A DNA stretch of 64,000 nt. Origin: Candidatus Heimdallarchaeum aukensis (GTDB lineage: Archaea; Asgardarchaeota; Heimdallarchaeia; Heimdallarchaeales; Heimdallarchaeaceae). Both the position numbers and the translations under genes were made by a program. Shown piece after piece: positions 1 to 10,508 of this stretch. Location of the stretch: the NCBI GenBank assembly GCA_021513695.1, contig CP084166.1, positions 32,001-96,000 of the forward strand, in the 5' to 3' direction. The notes under the pieces are model-generated. The model was not told where the DNA came from. It worked only from the letters and a program-made list of their open reading frames with translations, and did no database searches. The first letter of the stretch is position 1. Each line of letters begins with the position of its first letter.

Positions 1-225
1 TTCTCCCTCTCTTACTTTCTCTCGGTTCCTCTTTCACCAGTTTCTTAAGGAAAGGTTCATTAATGCTTATGAATTCTCTTGCTTTGTGGGGGTCTATGAT
101 CTGAAAGTAAGCCATACTTCCGACATAAACCCCCACATTAATAAAAATTAATTTTTGGGCATGCTTCTTAAGTTGATTAATGATCTATCTTAAAATTATT
201 CTTTTTAATTATCTAATTAATAGAA

Positions 226-240
226 AATATTAATATATAA
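226..240 (+). promoter_or_regulatory. Putative archaeal TATA box / BRE for a leaderless transcript of the 259-3147 gene
   Basis: AATATTAATATATAA is centred about 25 nt upstream of ATG 259, the spacing expected between an archaeal TATA box and a TSS at or next to the start codon. Confidence 0.3.
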
Positions 241-258
241 GGTGGAAATAAACTGAAT

Positions 259-3147
259 ATGGCTATCAAAACCAAAAAAAACTCCACAAAGAAGAATTTA
301 ATTACTGTTTTTGTAATTTTCTTGGTTTGTTTTAGTTTTATAAATTGTTTAACCTCTAACTTGTTAACTGTAGTAGCTTCAGGAAGCGGAGATTTTCCAC
401 CTCCAAGTAGTGGAGAATGGACAATATCTCAAGAAACAATAGTTAATTCTGAAGTTATTTATATTAATGATTCAGTTTCAATAGAAAGTGGAGGATCTTT
501 AGTATTAGAAAATTGTGTAATAGAAATGAATGGTAATGAAGATGACAAAGCTAATTTTATAGTTAATAATAATGGTAATCTTACAATAATTAATTCTAAA
601 ATAGAAGCTTTTTCTGATTATTCATGGTACATCGAAGCAGAAGAAGGAGCTTCACTTAAAATTACTGACTCAACCCTAATAAACTTCAAAGGAAGCCAAT
701 ATACATCAGTAATTACACTCTATAACAATTATTCTGAAATTACAAACAATAGTATCTCAAACTTCAAATATAAAGCCATTTTTGCTAGATTTACTAGTCA
801 TCATAATAATATTACAAAAAACAAAATAAGTGGAGGGCTTGTTGGTTTTGAAGTAGTCGATGGATGGTACAACGAGATAAATGATAATGAGTTTCACTTA
901 CTATCACAATTTGCGATTGCTATTAATAATGGTAGTTTTTCAAATATTCTTCGAAATAAAATATTTAATGTTTCTTCTATCGCAATCAATTTCCAAAAAT
1001 CAAAGAATGTTTTATGCAATAACAACAATATTTCTACGTCTAAAACTGCAATTGAGTGCTATTCAATCTATAATAGTAGTATCTCTAATAATATGTTCTC
1101 TAATATTCATGATTATTCAATTAGAGTATATACAGGGAATAATGTCACAATATCAAACAATTCAATTGATAATAGCGATTTAGCAAAAGGCATTATTAAT
1201 TCAGCTATTAGCCTGAGTGCGTGTAATAATTTTTCTATTAATGAAAATTCAATAATAAATACCCCAAGAACAGCTCTAGAAATTTTAAGTTCAACAAATT
1301 GTAGAATTTTTAACAATGTTTTTTCCATTAATAATTACTCTATCTTTATCTCTAGTTCTAATTATCTTGAAATTAAAAACAATTTACTATCTTATTCGAA
1401 TGATTATTCTATGTGGTTTATTAAATCAGATTTTTCATTGTTTGAAAACAACACAGTTAATTTTGGTCAATCTTGTGGAATTAGACTAAGTAGCTGTAAC
1501 AATAATTCTATATTAAGGAACATCATATTCAATAATAGTAAATATGGTATCGATATTTCTTCAAGTAATAATAATACGATACTGGAAAATGTTTTTGTTT
1601 TAAACAATAATGGTTCTATTCAAGCTTATGATAATGGATTAAATAATAGCTGGTATAGTAATTTAGAATCTGTTGGTAATTTTTGGAGTGATAATAATGG
1701 ATCATCTTTCTATTTAATAAATGGTGAATCAGGTTCTATGGATATTTTTGCGAATTATTCTGATTACGATAAAGATTTTATTCCTGATTATTATGAACTT
1801 GAAGTTGGTTTAGATATAACAATAAATGATGCTAATGACGACTTAGATGGGGATGGTTTGTCAAACTTCGAAGAATTTACTCTGGGTACTTTTCCTAATG
1901 ATCCTGATAGCGATGATGATGGTTTAATTGATTCAGTAGAAGTAGACTTGAAAACTGATCCTATGTCTAATGATACAGACAATGACAACCTTATTGATGG
2001 GTTAGAAATTCAATATGGATGTGACCCCTTTTCAAATGATACAGACATGGATGGACTAGATGACTGGTCAGAGATATTCTACTACTTCACTGACCCTTTA
2101 GATTATGACACTGATGGTGATGGGTTATCTGACTCTGATGAAGTTTATGCATATAATACAGACCCATTGGACGCTGACACTGATGATGATGGCTTAAATG
2201 ATGTAACTGAAGTACTAGGTTATGGTACTGATCCCAATGATGCAGATACAGATGGAGATGGATTAACAGATTACGAAGAAGTGATTGAATATTTTACTGA
2301 TCCTACGGATGTTGATACTGATGGTGATGGTTTAACAGATTATGAAGAGGTAAAATATTATGGAACAAATCCTAGGAAAGCTGACACTGATGGTGATGGA
2401 ATTTCTGACAATGATGAATTAATTCAAGGAAAAGATCCATTAGTCAATGAGAAACAAAGAAATGTAAGGATAATAATTATTGTATTTTCTGCTTTAGGTT
2501 CTGGTATACTGTTTATAGGATTAACTGTGCTGTTGATACTATTCCTGATAGAAAAGAACAAAAATAAAGAACAAGCATTGTTATCCCTTTTCAAGAAAAA
2601 AATTAGAGAACTAGAAAAGAAAATTAATATTATTGAAACAACAAAAATTGAAGAACTTATGTCTAAGACAGAAGAAAGAGCGAAAATTGATACTTTTTTC
2701 AATGAATTCCTTGAGGTTTTAGTGGACTTCGCAACATATTTTCTGGAAAATGAGGAATTAATTGAGAATAAAAAATGGTTACAAGCCAAAAAGAAGCTAA
2801 ATGAAGAATTAGATAAAGTGAGAGATTGGATTAATAAAAATCTACGTGCTCTAAAGGAATATGATATTTATGACAAACTAGTAAACCAGATAGATGGATT
2901 AGAAAATAAAGAAGAAATTAAGATTAGCAAGTTAGAAGCTTATAAGGAGATTGAAATTGCAAAAGGTATTTTGAGAGAATTCAAAAAAGTAGTAGAGAAA
3001 ACTTCTCCTTTTATCAACAAATTTTCCTATTCTACTTTAACTAAATATTGGGAGATTACAACTGAACTTATATTTGCTAATATGACACAGCTAGAAAAAA
3101 TTGAGGAAAAAATAAAAGATCTACTGGAAAGAGAGAAAACTCTATAA
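259..3147 (+). CDS. Type I membrane surface protein: N-terminal signal/anchor, parallel beta-helix (PbH1/NosD-like) repeats, thrombospondin type-3-like Ca-binding repeats, single TM helix, ~210-aa K/E-rich cytoplasmic coiled-coil tail
   Basis: 962-aa ORF. N-terminal hydrophobic stretch [18 protein letters not shown]. About 500 aa of N/I/S-rich beta-helix repeats ([51 protein letters not shown]). DxDxDGLxDxxE repeats ([36 protein letters not shown]). [29 protein letters not shown] followed by KNKNK and a heptad-like E/K-rich C-terminus. Confidence 0.85.
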   Translation: MAIKTKKNSTKKNLITVFVIFLVCFSFINCLTSNLLTVVASGSGDFPPPSSGEWTISQETIVNSEVIYINDSVSIESGGSLVLENCVIEMNGNEDDKANFIVNNNGNLTIINSKIEAFSDYSWYIEAEEGASLKITDSTLINFKGSQYTSVITLYNNYSEITNNSISNFKYKAIFARFTSHHNNITKNKISGGLVGFEVVDGWYNEINDNEFHLLSQFAIAINNGSFSNILRNKIFNVSSIAINFQKSKNVLCNNNNISTSKTAIECYSIYNSSISNNMFSNIHDYSIRVYTGNNVTISNNSIDNSDLAKGIINSAISLSACNNFSINENSIINTPRTALEILSSTNCRIFNNVFSINNYSIFISSSNYLEIKNNLLSYSNDYSMWFIKSDFSLFENNTVNFGQSCGIRLSSCNNNSILRNIIFNNSKYGIDISSSNNNTILENVFVLNNNGSIQAYDNGLNNSWYSNLESVGNFWSDNNGSSFYLINGESGSMDIFANYSDYDKDFIPDYYELEVGLDITINDANDDLDGDGLSNFEEFTLGTFPNDPDSDDDGLIDSVEVDLKTDPMSNDTDNDNLIDGLEIQYGCDPFSNDTDMDGLDDWSEIFYYFTDPLDYDTDGDGLSDSDEVYAYNTDPLDADTDDDGLNDVTEVLGYGTDPNDADTDGDGLTDYEEVIEYFTDPTDVDTDGDGLTDYEEVKYYGTNPRKADTDGDGISDNDELIQGKDPLVNEKQRNVRIIIIVFSALGSGILFIGLTVLLILFLIEKNKNKEQALLSLFKKKIRELEKKINIIETTKIEELMSKTEERAKIDTFFNEFLEVLVDFATYFLENEELIENKKWLQAKKKLNEELDKVRDWINKNLRALKEYDIYDKLVNQIDGLENKEEIKISKLEAYKEIEIAKGILREFKKVVEKTSPFINKFSYSTLTKYWEITTELIFANMTQLEKIEEKIKDLLEREKTL

Positions 3148-3149
3148 TC

Positions 3150-3200
3150 TTAATGTTGTTTTTTTCTATTTTTCTTCTTTTACTATTTCTTTTTTAGTTA
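3150..3200. terminator. T-rich bidirectional terminator-like tract between convergent surface-protein genes
   Basis: tgtttttttctatttttcttcttttactatttcttttttag immediately after stop 3147. Archaeal terminators are oligo-T tracts. Confidence 0.4.
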
Positions 3201-3497
3201 AATATTAATTTTAAACTTTGTAACTAGTTTTTCTTGAGAAAGGACTCTTCTCCAGTGAAAAAAACCATCTTCTTGGAATTTGGTCATAATAAAAACATAC
3301 TACCTTTTCGGCAATGGAAATTACCTTTTTTTCCTCTGAAAAGTGGATGCAAATTTATTTATGTGAAGTACTCATTAACCGTCCTAAACGTTTTTTCAAT
3401 GTTCTACCTATGTTTACAAAATATCAGAAATATGTAAAAAGAATAATAAAAGCAAAATAAAAGTAAAAAGAACAAGAAAAAAAGATATAAAAAGATA

Positions 3498-6400
3498 TTA
3501 TTTTCTAGATCTATTTGTTTTTATTGCAAGAATGGTCAAGCCTAAGAGTCCTAGAACGAAATAGAGGAAACTGAATGGATTTTTGGTTGTAGTCTCTTCT
3601 GGATGACTGTTTGAGTCAATAGGGTTAAAACCATTAGACGCTTCGTATCCATCAGTCCAACCATCTCCATCAGTGTCATTATTATGAGGATCAGTATTCC
3701 AATAGAATTCATCTCTATTAGTTAAACCATCTTCATCAGGATCTTCATTAGCATCATCTACTAAAGGATCTAAGTTGTTGTCTACTTCCCAACCATCAGG
3801 CATACCATCATCGTCGGTATCACTGTCAGTAGGGTCGGTGTTATTTGTATATTCTCCTAGATTTGATAAACCATCACTGTCTTTATCATCAGACCCATCA
3901 TCTGTTAATGGGTTTAATTCATATTTTAGTTCCCATCCATCGTCCATTCCATCTCCATCAGTATCTGCGTCAGTGCTTTGAGTGCCTAAAACTACATCTT
4001 CAAGGATATCATCTAAACCGTCTCCATCTATATCAGTTCCACTTATTGGATAAAGATCGACTGAAGAAGCCGTTCCTTGAATATTGGTATAAGTTCCTGT
4101 TGTTCCATTGTAGTCTGACCAATAGTTACCTACTTTTATTTCATCATTATACCATAGATTATTTGACCCATCATCTATAGCTAAAGTAATTTGGTCAAAG
4201 AATAAATAAGAAGCTGAAACGAAATAATTTTGATAGATTAGAGCATTAGAAATCGTAGAAGATAGTGAGATTAAGCAATAAATTTGCCTAATTTCTCCAT
4301 TAATATCAATTATGTCGAATATTTTATTGTACGTAATAATTGCTCCATCAATATCTCCATCTAAACGAATCCCTGCATTAGATACCGTGTTTTCTATGAT
4401 ATTTATAACATTTCTAGTAATCTCGAGATTTTCCCATTGTCCACGAATGTATATTCCTATAGTTCCTCCAGAATTTATTTCATTGTTGTCTATAACAAAA
4501 TTATTTCCTCCATCATTGGCGAAATAAATACCACTGTAAGATGATCCTAGATTTGTTGTTATTTGGTTATATGAGATAGTTATATTGTTGAAGATATTAC
4601 CACTAGCAACATAAATTCCTTTATTACAGTTGCTTATTTGGCTATTAGTTATTATTACATTGTCTACTTTTCTAGCATAATCAGCATAAAGTTCAATTCC
4701 TGAATCTACATTGGAGATGATGGTGTTATTTATTATTAAGCCGTCTGCGGCATAGACATCAATAGCGATTTCTTCATAATTTGATATTATTACATTTTTT
4801 ATTGTAAGATTTTCACTATCAAAAATATATATTGCTTTTGTTGATGTACCATCATGTAAATTTAGGTCTTCAAGAAAAACATTTTTTGAAGTATCAATAC
4901 TTATACTTCCATGTTCAATCTCTGCATTTACAAAAGTAATATTGGTAACTTCGTAAAAGTTTGAGGTACCTGAAAGGGTGTTACTTGTTATTTCGAAATT
5001 ACTAGAATAAGAAATGTAAAACGAGGTATTGGATGACAATATAGCATTATTTGTTATTTCTGTGAACTTTTCTGGCAGATTTGCAATAGTAAAAGCTCTA
5101 TCTACATTTTCAATATAATTGTTGGTAATGTATGTATTTCCTTCCAAAGCGTTACCATAAGAGGAAGTTATTGTGAAAACTTTTTCTGAATCTGAAATAT
5201 CGTTATTATCAAAAGTGACATTACCCACGTAAATTAGATCAAAAGCGGTATTATTAGCGTCTACTATCTCATTATTCACTATTGTAATATTATCATTTAT
5301 TACATAATTTGTGTTATATTTTTTATTTATATCAAGACCGTAAGATACACCTTCTATTATGTTATCTTTAAAAGTCAGAGTAATATTTGCAGTAGTAGAA
5401 TAATCTAAACACATTCCTTTATTTGCTTCATTAATAGTATTTCCTGTCACATTTAATGATTTCGTGTCATATACTATAATTCCATTATAGGCGTTGATAA
5501 ACTCGTTAGAAATTATAATTATTTCTTCATCAGCATATTGATCAATAGGATTCATAATATAAATCGCATTATCGTAAATATTTTCGAAACCGTTACCGGA
5601 AACAGTAATACTTTTTGAATCTTTAATTAAAATTCCTAAATCTGTATTTGATATAGAAAGTGATTTAATGTTAATATTAGTACAATCAATTAGAAATATC
5701 TGACCATAAATGTTAGTGTCAATATTTTTCGTATCGTTGCTAACAAAATAACCTACTTCTTTATTATTTACTTTGTTTCCCTTTACTATTATTGTATTAG
5801 CTTTTTCTTTAAGTGGTGCTAAAAACATCCCATCATTTACTAAAGTATTATTAACAATCTCAATAGTATCTGTTGTTTCCTTAGCAAGATAGATTCCATA
5901 TCCTTTATTTGACTCTATTGAATTATTTGCTATTATTTCATCATTTGATCCACCATTAATTAACAATCCAATATCATCGTTATTATTTATTGAATTATTT
6001 GCAATAGTAATAAAGTCTCCAGTAATATCTATACCTTTATTGTTGAATGAACAGTTATTTCCAGTTATAATTACGTTGTTTGAACCAGTTGAATAAATCC
6101 CTGCGTTACTATTAGATGAACAGGTATTATTTGCAATTATTGCGTTATTAACACCGTAAATGTTTATTCCATTATTACTTCCTGTTATGGTATTATTTAT
6201 TATCTTCTGACTATTAGTCATATAAACATTAATTCCATCTTCATTTCCACTTACAGTGTTTGATTCAATAGTTGCGATTCCATCAGCCACAGATACAATA
6301 TATATTCCCTTTCTAGATGCTTCAATAGAACAATTGACTATCTTAAAGTAAGCTGTTACGCTTAAACTATGAATATAAATTCCATAGTCTGATGATGTCT

Positions 6401-6614
6401 GTATTTTTAAGTTACTGATTATGTAAGGATCGTCTACTGTACCTGCTCCATCAACAACACCATTAGCTGAAGTAAAATCACTATCTGAAGCAATTACTAT
6501 TGGGTCATGTGTTGTGTATATTTTCAGTTTAGACTGTACGTTATTTAAACTTACAATCAATCCACTGCTAATTACAAGCATTATTAAAAACAATGATTTA
6601 TAGTTTTTCATCAA
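3498..6614 (-). CDS. Secreted/anchored surface protein: signal peptide, long parallel beta-helix repeat region, TSP3-like Ca-binding repeats, C-terminal TM + basic tail (PGF/PEF-CTERM-like archaeal sorting anchor)
   Basis: 1038-aa ORF. N-terminus MMKNYKSLFLIMLVISSGLIVSLNNVQS. Beta-helix repeats such as NNTITGSNNGINIYG and NNTCSSNSNAGIYSTGSNNVIITGNNCSFNNKGIDITG. C-terminal DxDxDG repeats (DTDGDGMDDGWE, DSDTDDDGMPDGWE, DTDGDGWTDGYE). Ends NPFSFLYFVLGLLGLTILAIKTNRSRK. Convergent with the 259-3147 gene. Confidence 0.85.
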   Translation of the reverse strand: MMKNYKSLFLIMLVISSGLIVSLNNVQSKLKIYTTHDPIVIASDSDFTSANGVVDGAGTVDDPYIISNLKIQTSSDYGIYIHSLSVTAYFKIVNCSIEASRKGIYIVSVADGIATIESNTVSGNEDGINVYMTNSQKIINNTITGSNNGINIYGVNNAIIANNTCSSNSNAGIYSTGSNNVIITGNNCSFNNKGIDITGDFITIANNSINNNDDIGLLINGGSNDEIIANNSIESNKGYGIYLAKETTDTIEIVNNTLVNDGMFLAPLKEKANTIIVKGNKVNNKEVGYFVSNDTKNIDTNIYGQIFLIDCTNINIKSLSISNTDLGILIKDSKSITVSGNGFENIYDNAIYIMNPIDQYADEEIIIISNEFINAYNGIIVYDTKSLNVTGNTINEANKGMCLDYSTTANITLTFKDNIIEGVSYGLDINKKYNTNYVINDNITIVNNEIVDANNTAFDLIYVGNVTFDNNDISDSEKVFTITSSYGNALEGNTYITNNYIENVDRAFTIANLPEKFTEITNNAILSSNTSFYISYSSNFEITSNTLSGTSNFYEVTNITFVNAEIEHGSISIDTSKNVFLEDLNLHDGTSTKAIYIFDSENLTIKNVIISNYEEIAIDVYAADGLIINNTIISNVDSGIELYADYARKVDNVIITNSQISNCNKGIYVASGNIFNNITISYNQITTNLGSSYSGIYFANDGGNNFVIDNNEINSGGTIGIYIRGQWENLEITRNVINIIENTVSNAGIRLDGDIDGAIITYNKIFDIIDINGEIRQIYCLISLSSTISNALIYQNYFVSASYLFFDQITLAIDDGSNNLWYNDEIKVGNYWSDYNGTTGTYTNIQGTASSVDLYPISGTDIDGDGLDDILEDVVLGTQSTDADTDGDGMDDGWELKYELNPLTDDGSDDKDSDGLSNLGEYTNNTDPTDSDTDDDGMPDGWEVDNNLDPLVDDANEDPDEDGLTNRDEFYWNTDPHNNDTDGDGWTDGYEASNGFNPIDSNSHPEETTTKNPFSFLYFVLGLLGLTILAIKTNRSRK

Positions 6615-6910
6615 TATTCATAGAAGTTCCTTTAACGTATTTTATAAAGATATTTAAAAAACAAATATATGTTTAAAAATTTTAAGACATTATCAAACAA
6701 TTATAAACTTATAACAACAAAAAAAGGCATAAAAAAAAGTTTTAATCTTTTTTTAAATTAGGTGATGTGGAAATAACAAATTTGTTATTTTTATTGAAAT
6801 TTTGAACCTTCTCCCTCTAGACTAAATTTGAAGGAAATAAAAAATGGTTAAATTTCACAAGGAACAATCTTTTGTACTAAAATTTTTATAGCAATGTTAA
6901 CATTTTTTCA

Positions 6911-7594
6911 ATGATAAAAATGAATATTGAGGGAATTGATTTTCACTGGTTAGGACACGATAGTTTTCTTATCCAAGCCAAAGGTAAGAATATCTATATT
7001 GATCCTTATAAATTAACAAAAAAAGATCTTCCAGAAGCTGATATAATAATCACAACACATGATCATTTTGATCATTGTAATCCAGAAGCTATCGAACAGA
7101 TATGTGGTGAAAAAACTATTTTAGTTGGTCCTAAAGTAACAATAGATAAACTCAATGATATCTCCAAAAAGAAAAAGGTAATTGAACTTAATCCTTATGA
7201 TGAAAAGGAAATTGATGGAATAAAAATTAGTGCAATTCCTGCTTATAACACTCACCGTTTCCGTGATCCAGAAACAAAAACACCTTTTCATCCCAAGGAA
7301 TCAGGACATATAGGACCTATTATTGATGTTGATGGTGTAAAAATTTATCACGCTGGAGATACAGATAAAATACCAGAAATGGAGGACTTAAAGCCACATA
7401 TTGCATTAATTCCAGTTAGTGGTACATACGTAATGGATGTTCCAGAAGCAGTTGAAGCTGCAAAAGTAATTAGTGCTAAAATAACTATCCCAATGCATGT
7501 TGGAAGGGGAATTGGAGAATTATCTTATAGAGAAGAATTTAAAGAAAAACTTGAAAACATGGAAGTAATCCTCTTAGATTTAGAAGAAAGTTAG
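6911..7594 (+). CDS. Metallo-beta-lactamase-fold metal-dependent hydrolase
   Basis: 227-aa ORF with HxHxDH-type motif (TTHDHFDHCNP) and downstream His/Asp residues (HAGDTD, PMHVG) typical of the MBL superfamily. Confidence 0.7.
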   Translation: MIKMNIEGIDFHWLGHDSFLIQAKGKNIYIDPYKLTKKDLPEADIIITTHDHFDHCNPEAIEQICGEKTILVGPKVTIDKLNDISKKKKVIELNPYDEKEIDGIKISAIPAYNTHRFRDPETKTPFHPKESGHIGPIIDVDGVKIYHAGDTDKIPEMEDLKPHIALIPVSGTYVMDVPEAVEAAKVISAKITIPMHVGRGIGELSYREEFKEKLENMEVILLDLEES

Positions 7595-7680
7595 CTTCTT
7601 TTTGCTTTCTTTTTTTCTCATTTTTTTCGTTTCAAATAATTGTTTATAAATAAGCTATTTTTTTTTAATCTCGAAGTCTT

Positions 7681-9105
7681 ATGGATGATTATGTGACAGT
7701 AGTAGATAAAAATGTTGAACCTACTAAAATTGAGGCTAAAAGAACTCATTTCGGTAATGTTTTTCTATGGTCTTCCTATGATGCTGCTGATACTCTTTTT
7801 TCTCAAGGAATAATTAGTATTGTTTTTCAACCCTTTGTTTTATTATTAGCTTATGAACAAGGTATAACTAATTATTGGACTGCTTTTGCTTTAATGTCAG
7901 CATTTATGGCTTTTTCAAACTTACTTGTAGCTATTTTTGGTCCAATAATTGGATCTATTAGTGATACGATAGGAAAACGAAAATCTGCCGTTCTTATTTC
8001 AGCATCATTAATGGTTATTTCGACACTAGCTTTCCTCATTTGGAGGAACTTTTGGTGGCTTTCAATAATGTTCGTTTTTGCTAACTTTGGTTATCAAGCA
8101 GGACGAATGTTTTACGATTCAATGATACCTTTCATTTCAAAAACAGATCAAAGAGGAATAACATCTGGTATTTCTGGTTCTCTTAGTTTTATTGGGACTT
8201 TTGCTGCCATTGGATTGGCTCAAGTAGCTTATTCAATATGGGGTAAGTTCTCAGAACCTGGAAAGGTATTTGAAGAAGGTGCATCAATAAGTTATACAAG
8301 CTTAGAATGGTTGACTGTTATAGTTATAGCAGGAATATTAGTTTTTACGATACCCTTTCTATTTTCAAAAGAAAAAGAGAATCCAAATTCATTTTCCTTC
8401 AAACAGAACTTAAAACAAGCTAGACTTGAATTTAAAGACACTTTGAAAGAGATTTTCAAGTACAAGAACGCTTTATTGTTTATTTTGGGTTGGTTTTTTG
8501 TAACTGATGCAAGTAATACTACAATTTTATACATGCAACTTGTAATGATTGATGGTGTAGGAGCTGATCCTGGTCAAGCATTAATGATTATTGCAATGGG
8601 TGGACTTTTATCAATGATTGGAGCAATTATTGTAGGTGTGCTTTTAGATAAACTTGGACCAAAGAAAAATTTCATTATCAACATATTCGCTTGGTTTATT
8701 GCAGTAAGTATAGCTATTATTGCATGTATTGAGGTAGATGGAAAACACATCGTTCCTTGGCAAATAATGTTCTTAGTTGGATTCTTTATTGGAATAGGAT
8801 TCGGAGGAATATGGCTTATCGGAAGACAATTTGTTTTTGAAGTTGCTCCTCCGAAGAAAGTTACTCAATATCAAGGATTTAAACAAATTGCAGGAAGAGT
8901 AAGCGCCATTATAAGCCCAATTATGTTCTTGTTGATGCTTGGTTTAGGTGCTAAACTTGGTTTGAGTATTTCCAATCAATATGCAATTGCTCTTGCTCCT
9001 CTCTTAATATTCTTTACAATTGGACTAATAATTGTTCTAAAATATGTTGATGTTCATAAAGAATATCTAGCTGGAGAAAGAGCTCCATATAAGAAATTAC
9101 AATAA
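7681..9105 (+). CDS. MFS-type transporter (polytopic membrane protein)
   Basis: 474-aa ORF with about 12 hydrophobic segments in a 6+6 arrangement and a central hydrophilic loop (KEKENPNSFSFKQNLKQARLEFKDT). Followed by a T-rich terminator-like tract. Confidence 0.65.
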   Translation: MDDYVTVVDKNVEPTKIEAKRTHFGNVFLWSSYDAADTLFSQGIISIVFQPFVLLLAYEQGITNYWTAFALMSAFMAFSNLLVAIFGPIIGSISDTIGKRKSAVLISASLMVISTLAFLIWRNFWWLSIMFVFANFGYQAGRMFYDSMIPFISKTDQRGITSGISGSLSFIGTFAAIGLAQVAYSIWGKFSEPGKVFEEGASISYTSLEWLTVIVIAGILVFTIPFLFSKEKENPNSFSFKQNLKQARLEFKDTLKEIFKYKNALLFILGWFFVTDASNTTILYMQLVMIDGVGADPGQALMIIAMGGLLSMIGAIIVGVLLDKLGPKKNFIINIFAWFIAVSIAIIACIEVDGKHIVPWQIMFLVGFFIGIGFGGIWLIGRQFVFEVAPPKKVTQYQGFKQIAGRVSAIISPIMFLLMLGLGAKLGLSISNQYAIALAPLLIFFTIGLIIVLKYVDVHKEYLAGERAPYKKLQ

Positions 9106-9112
9106 TAATCTA

Positions 9113-9152
9113 AACCCCTTCTTTTTTTCTTTAATTTTAATTACTTTTTTCT
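9113..9152 (+). terminator. T-rich terminator-like tract after the MFS transporter gene
   Basis: ccccttctttttttctttaattttaattacttttttc. Confidence 0.35.
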
Positions 9153-9233
9153 ATAGTTAAAAGATTAGGATAAGAAAATAACGTAGATTGTTTACTATTT
9201 AAAATTAGAAAAAATATGTATTTTTAAATTAAA

Positions 9234-10496
9234 TTATTTATATTCACGAATAACTGGTAGAGTAACTACGCTTTCTATCCATGGTAATTTAGCTATAGAT
9301 TTCCTTATCAAGTTGTAAGCTTTTCCAATATTTCTTAATCTTATTGAAATTATTAAATCATAAACTCCTGAAGTATAAGCGACAGATTCTATACCCCTTA
9401 TTTGAGATAATTTTTCTAAATCGATTTTCTCTCCAATTTTTATTTTAGCAAAGATCAATCCTCTAGTTTCAGACATAGATAAGGTAACTACACCTATTAA
9501 AATAAGGATCGAACCTGATATTTTAAGGATTATACCTACTATATCATTTCCTCCTGAACTGAATATTGCTGGAAACCAAATTGCAAAAATAGCTGCCAAA
9601 GGATAAGTGGAGATAACGCTTATACTGTTTAAAGCTCTTACAATAGACATCTTCCCCATCGTAAGTGCTCTAGTGTAAGCAATTACACCAAGATAAACCA
9701 ATAACATTGAGCAAATTACAGGAACTAAAGAGGGTCTCCAATTTTCTTTTATCTCATTAAAACCTACTCTGTAGATACTAGGAAGCGATGCTATTACTTG
9801 CCCTGCTGTCATAATAAAAAGTGTCCATATTCTTAGACTTAGCGTATCTATCTTTCTTCCTTTATCATTTTTTGTTACTAAAGCTTTCTTTTGAAAAACA
9901 GTATATAATGCCGAAAATAAAGCAAATGGACCAAAGATAAGTAAAATACCTATAGCATCTAATTTTCCACCAGAAATTGTAGAAATCATTACTCCTACAG
10001 CTATCATTGTAATTGATTGGATTTCAATTGCAACAGGTTTTTCTCTTTCTGAAATAGAATCAGCAATAAGCAAGTAAACGAGAACAAATTGGCTAAATGG
10101 CATTATTAGAGATGCATCATACTTTTCTAAAAGAACAAAATAGAGTATAGTGTTTCCTGTAGCAAAAAGACCAGCAAGAAGGGTATATAGTAAAACTTTG
10201 CCTTTAGGAAACATTATTCCTTGAAAATTAGGGTCAAAATAGTAACCCAGAGTTTTCTTAAATTCTTTATCTTTGTTTGGTAGAGGAATAGAAAGAATAA
10301 GTATAAGAATTATTGACACTATTAAACCTACAACCATCTCATATGCTCCAAAAAGATAAGGATCAGTAATGAAACTGTTGCCAATTGCATCTAGTACTAC
10401 CCACAGGCTAGTGATTAAACCAGATCCCAAGGCTAGTAGATAAAACGTACTTTTTCTTCTAATTTTACTAAATTCTCTATGGGCTGCAATTGACAT
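9234..10496 (-). CDS. DMT/EamA-like 10-TM membrane protein fused to a C-terminal Lrp/AsnC-type RAM (amino-acid-sensing) domain
   Basis: 420-aa ORF. About 340 aa of hydrophobic TM segments, then a C-terminal ~80 aa (IRGIESVAYTSGVYDLIISIRLRNIGKAYNLIRKSIAKLPWIESVVTLPVIREY) with the beta-alpha-beta-beta-alpha-beta RAM-domain pattern of Lrp/AsnC regulators. Confidence 0.7.
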   Translation of the reverse strand: MSIAAHREFSKIRRKSTFYLLALGSGLITSLWVVLDAIGNSFITDPYLFGAYEMVVGLIVSIILILILSIPLPNKDKEFKKTLGYYFDPNFQGIMFPKGKVLLYTLLAGLFATGNTILYFVLLEKYDASLIMPFSQFVLVYLLIADSISEREKPVAIEIQSITMIAVGVMISTISGGKLDAIGILLIFGPFALFSALYTVFQKKALVTKNDKGRKIDTLSLRIWTLFIMTAGQVIASLPSIYRVGFNEIKENWRPSLVPVICSMLLVYLGVIAYTRALTMGKMSIVRALNSISVISTYPLAAIFAIWFPAIFSSGGNDIVGIILKISGSILILIGVVTLSMSETRGLIFAKIKIGEKIDLEKLSQIRGIESVAYTSGVYDLIISIRLRNIGKAYNLIRKSIAKLPWIESVVTLPVIREYK

Positions 10497-10508
10497 ATAA
10501 AACTCTCC

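Noticed and set aside
1-115. Possible minus-strand partial CDS at the left edge (MAYFQIIDPHKAREFISINEPFLKKLVKEEPRESKRG... continuing past position 1)
   Set aside because: Only about 38 codons are visible, with no recognisable motif. It cannot be supported without the upstream sequence.
881-1328. Small ORFs (881-1183 +, 1113-1328 -) inside the first surface-protein gene
   Set aside because: Embedded in or antisense to a 962-aa ORF with coherent domain architecture. Their translations are low-complexity products of the N/I/S-rich beta-helix codons.
3234-3437. 67-aa ORF in the convergent intergenic region
   Set aside because: It lies in an A/T-rich terminator zone between two convergent genes. 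It has no motif and an unlikely start context.
3775-4527. Plus-strand ORFs 3775-3981, 3845-4180 and 4312-4527 antisense to the 1,038-aa gene
   Set aside because: They are S/P/H/L-rich translations of the reverse complement of the GAT/GGT-rich TSP3 repeat codons, which is a typical antisense artefact.
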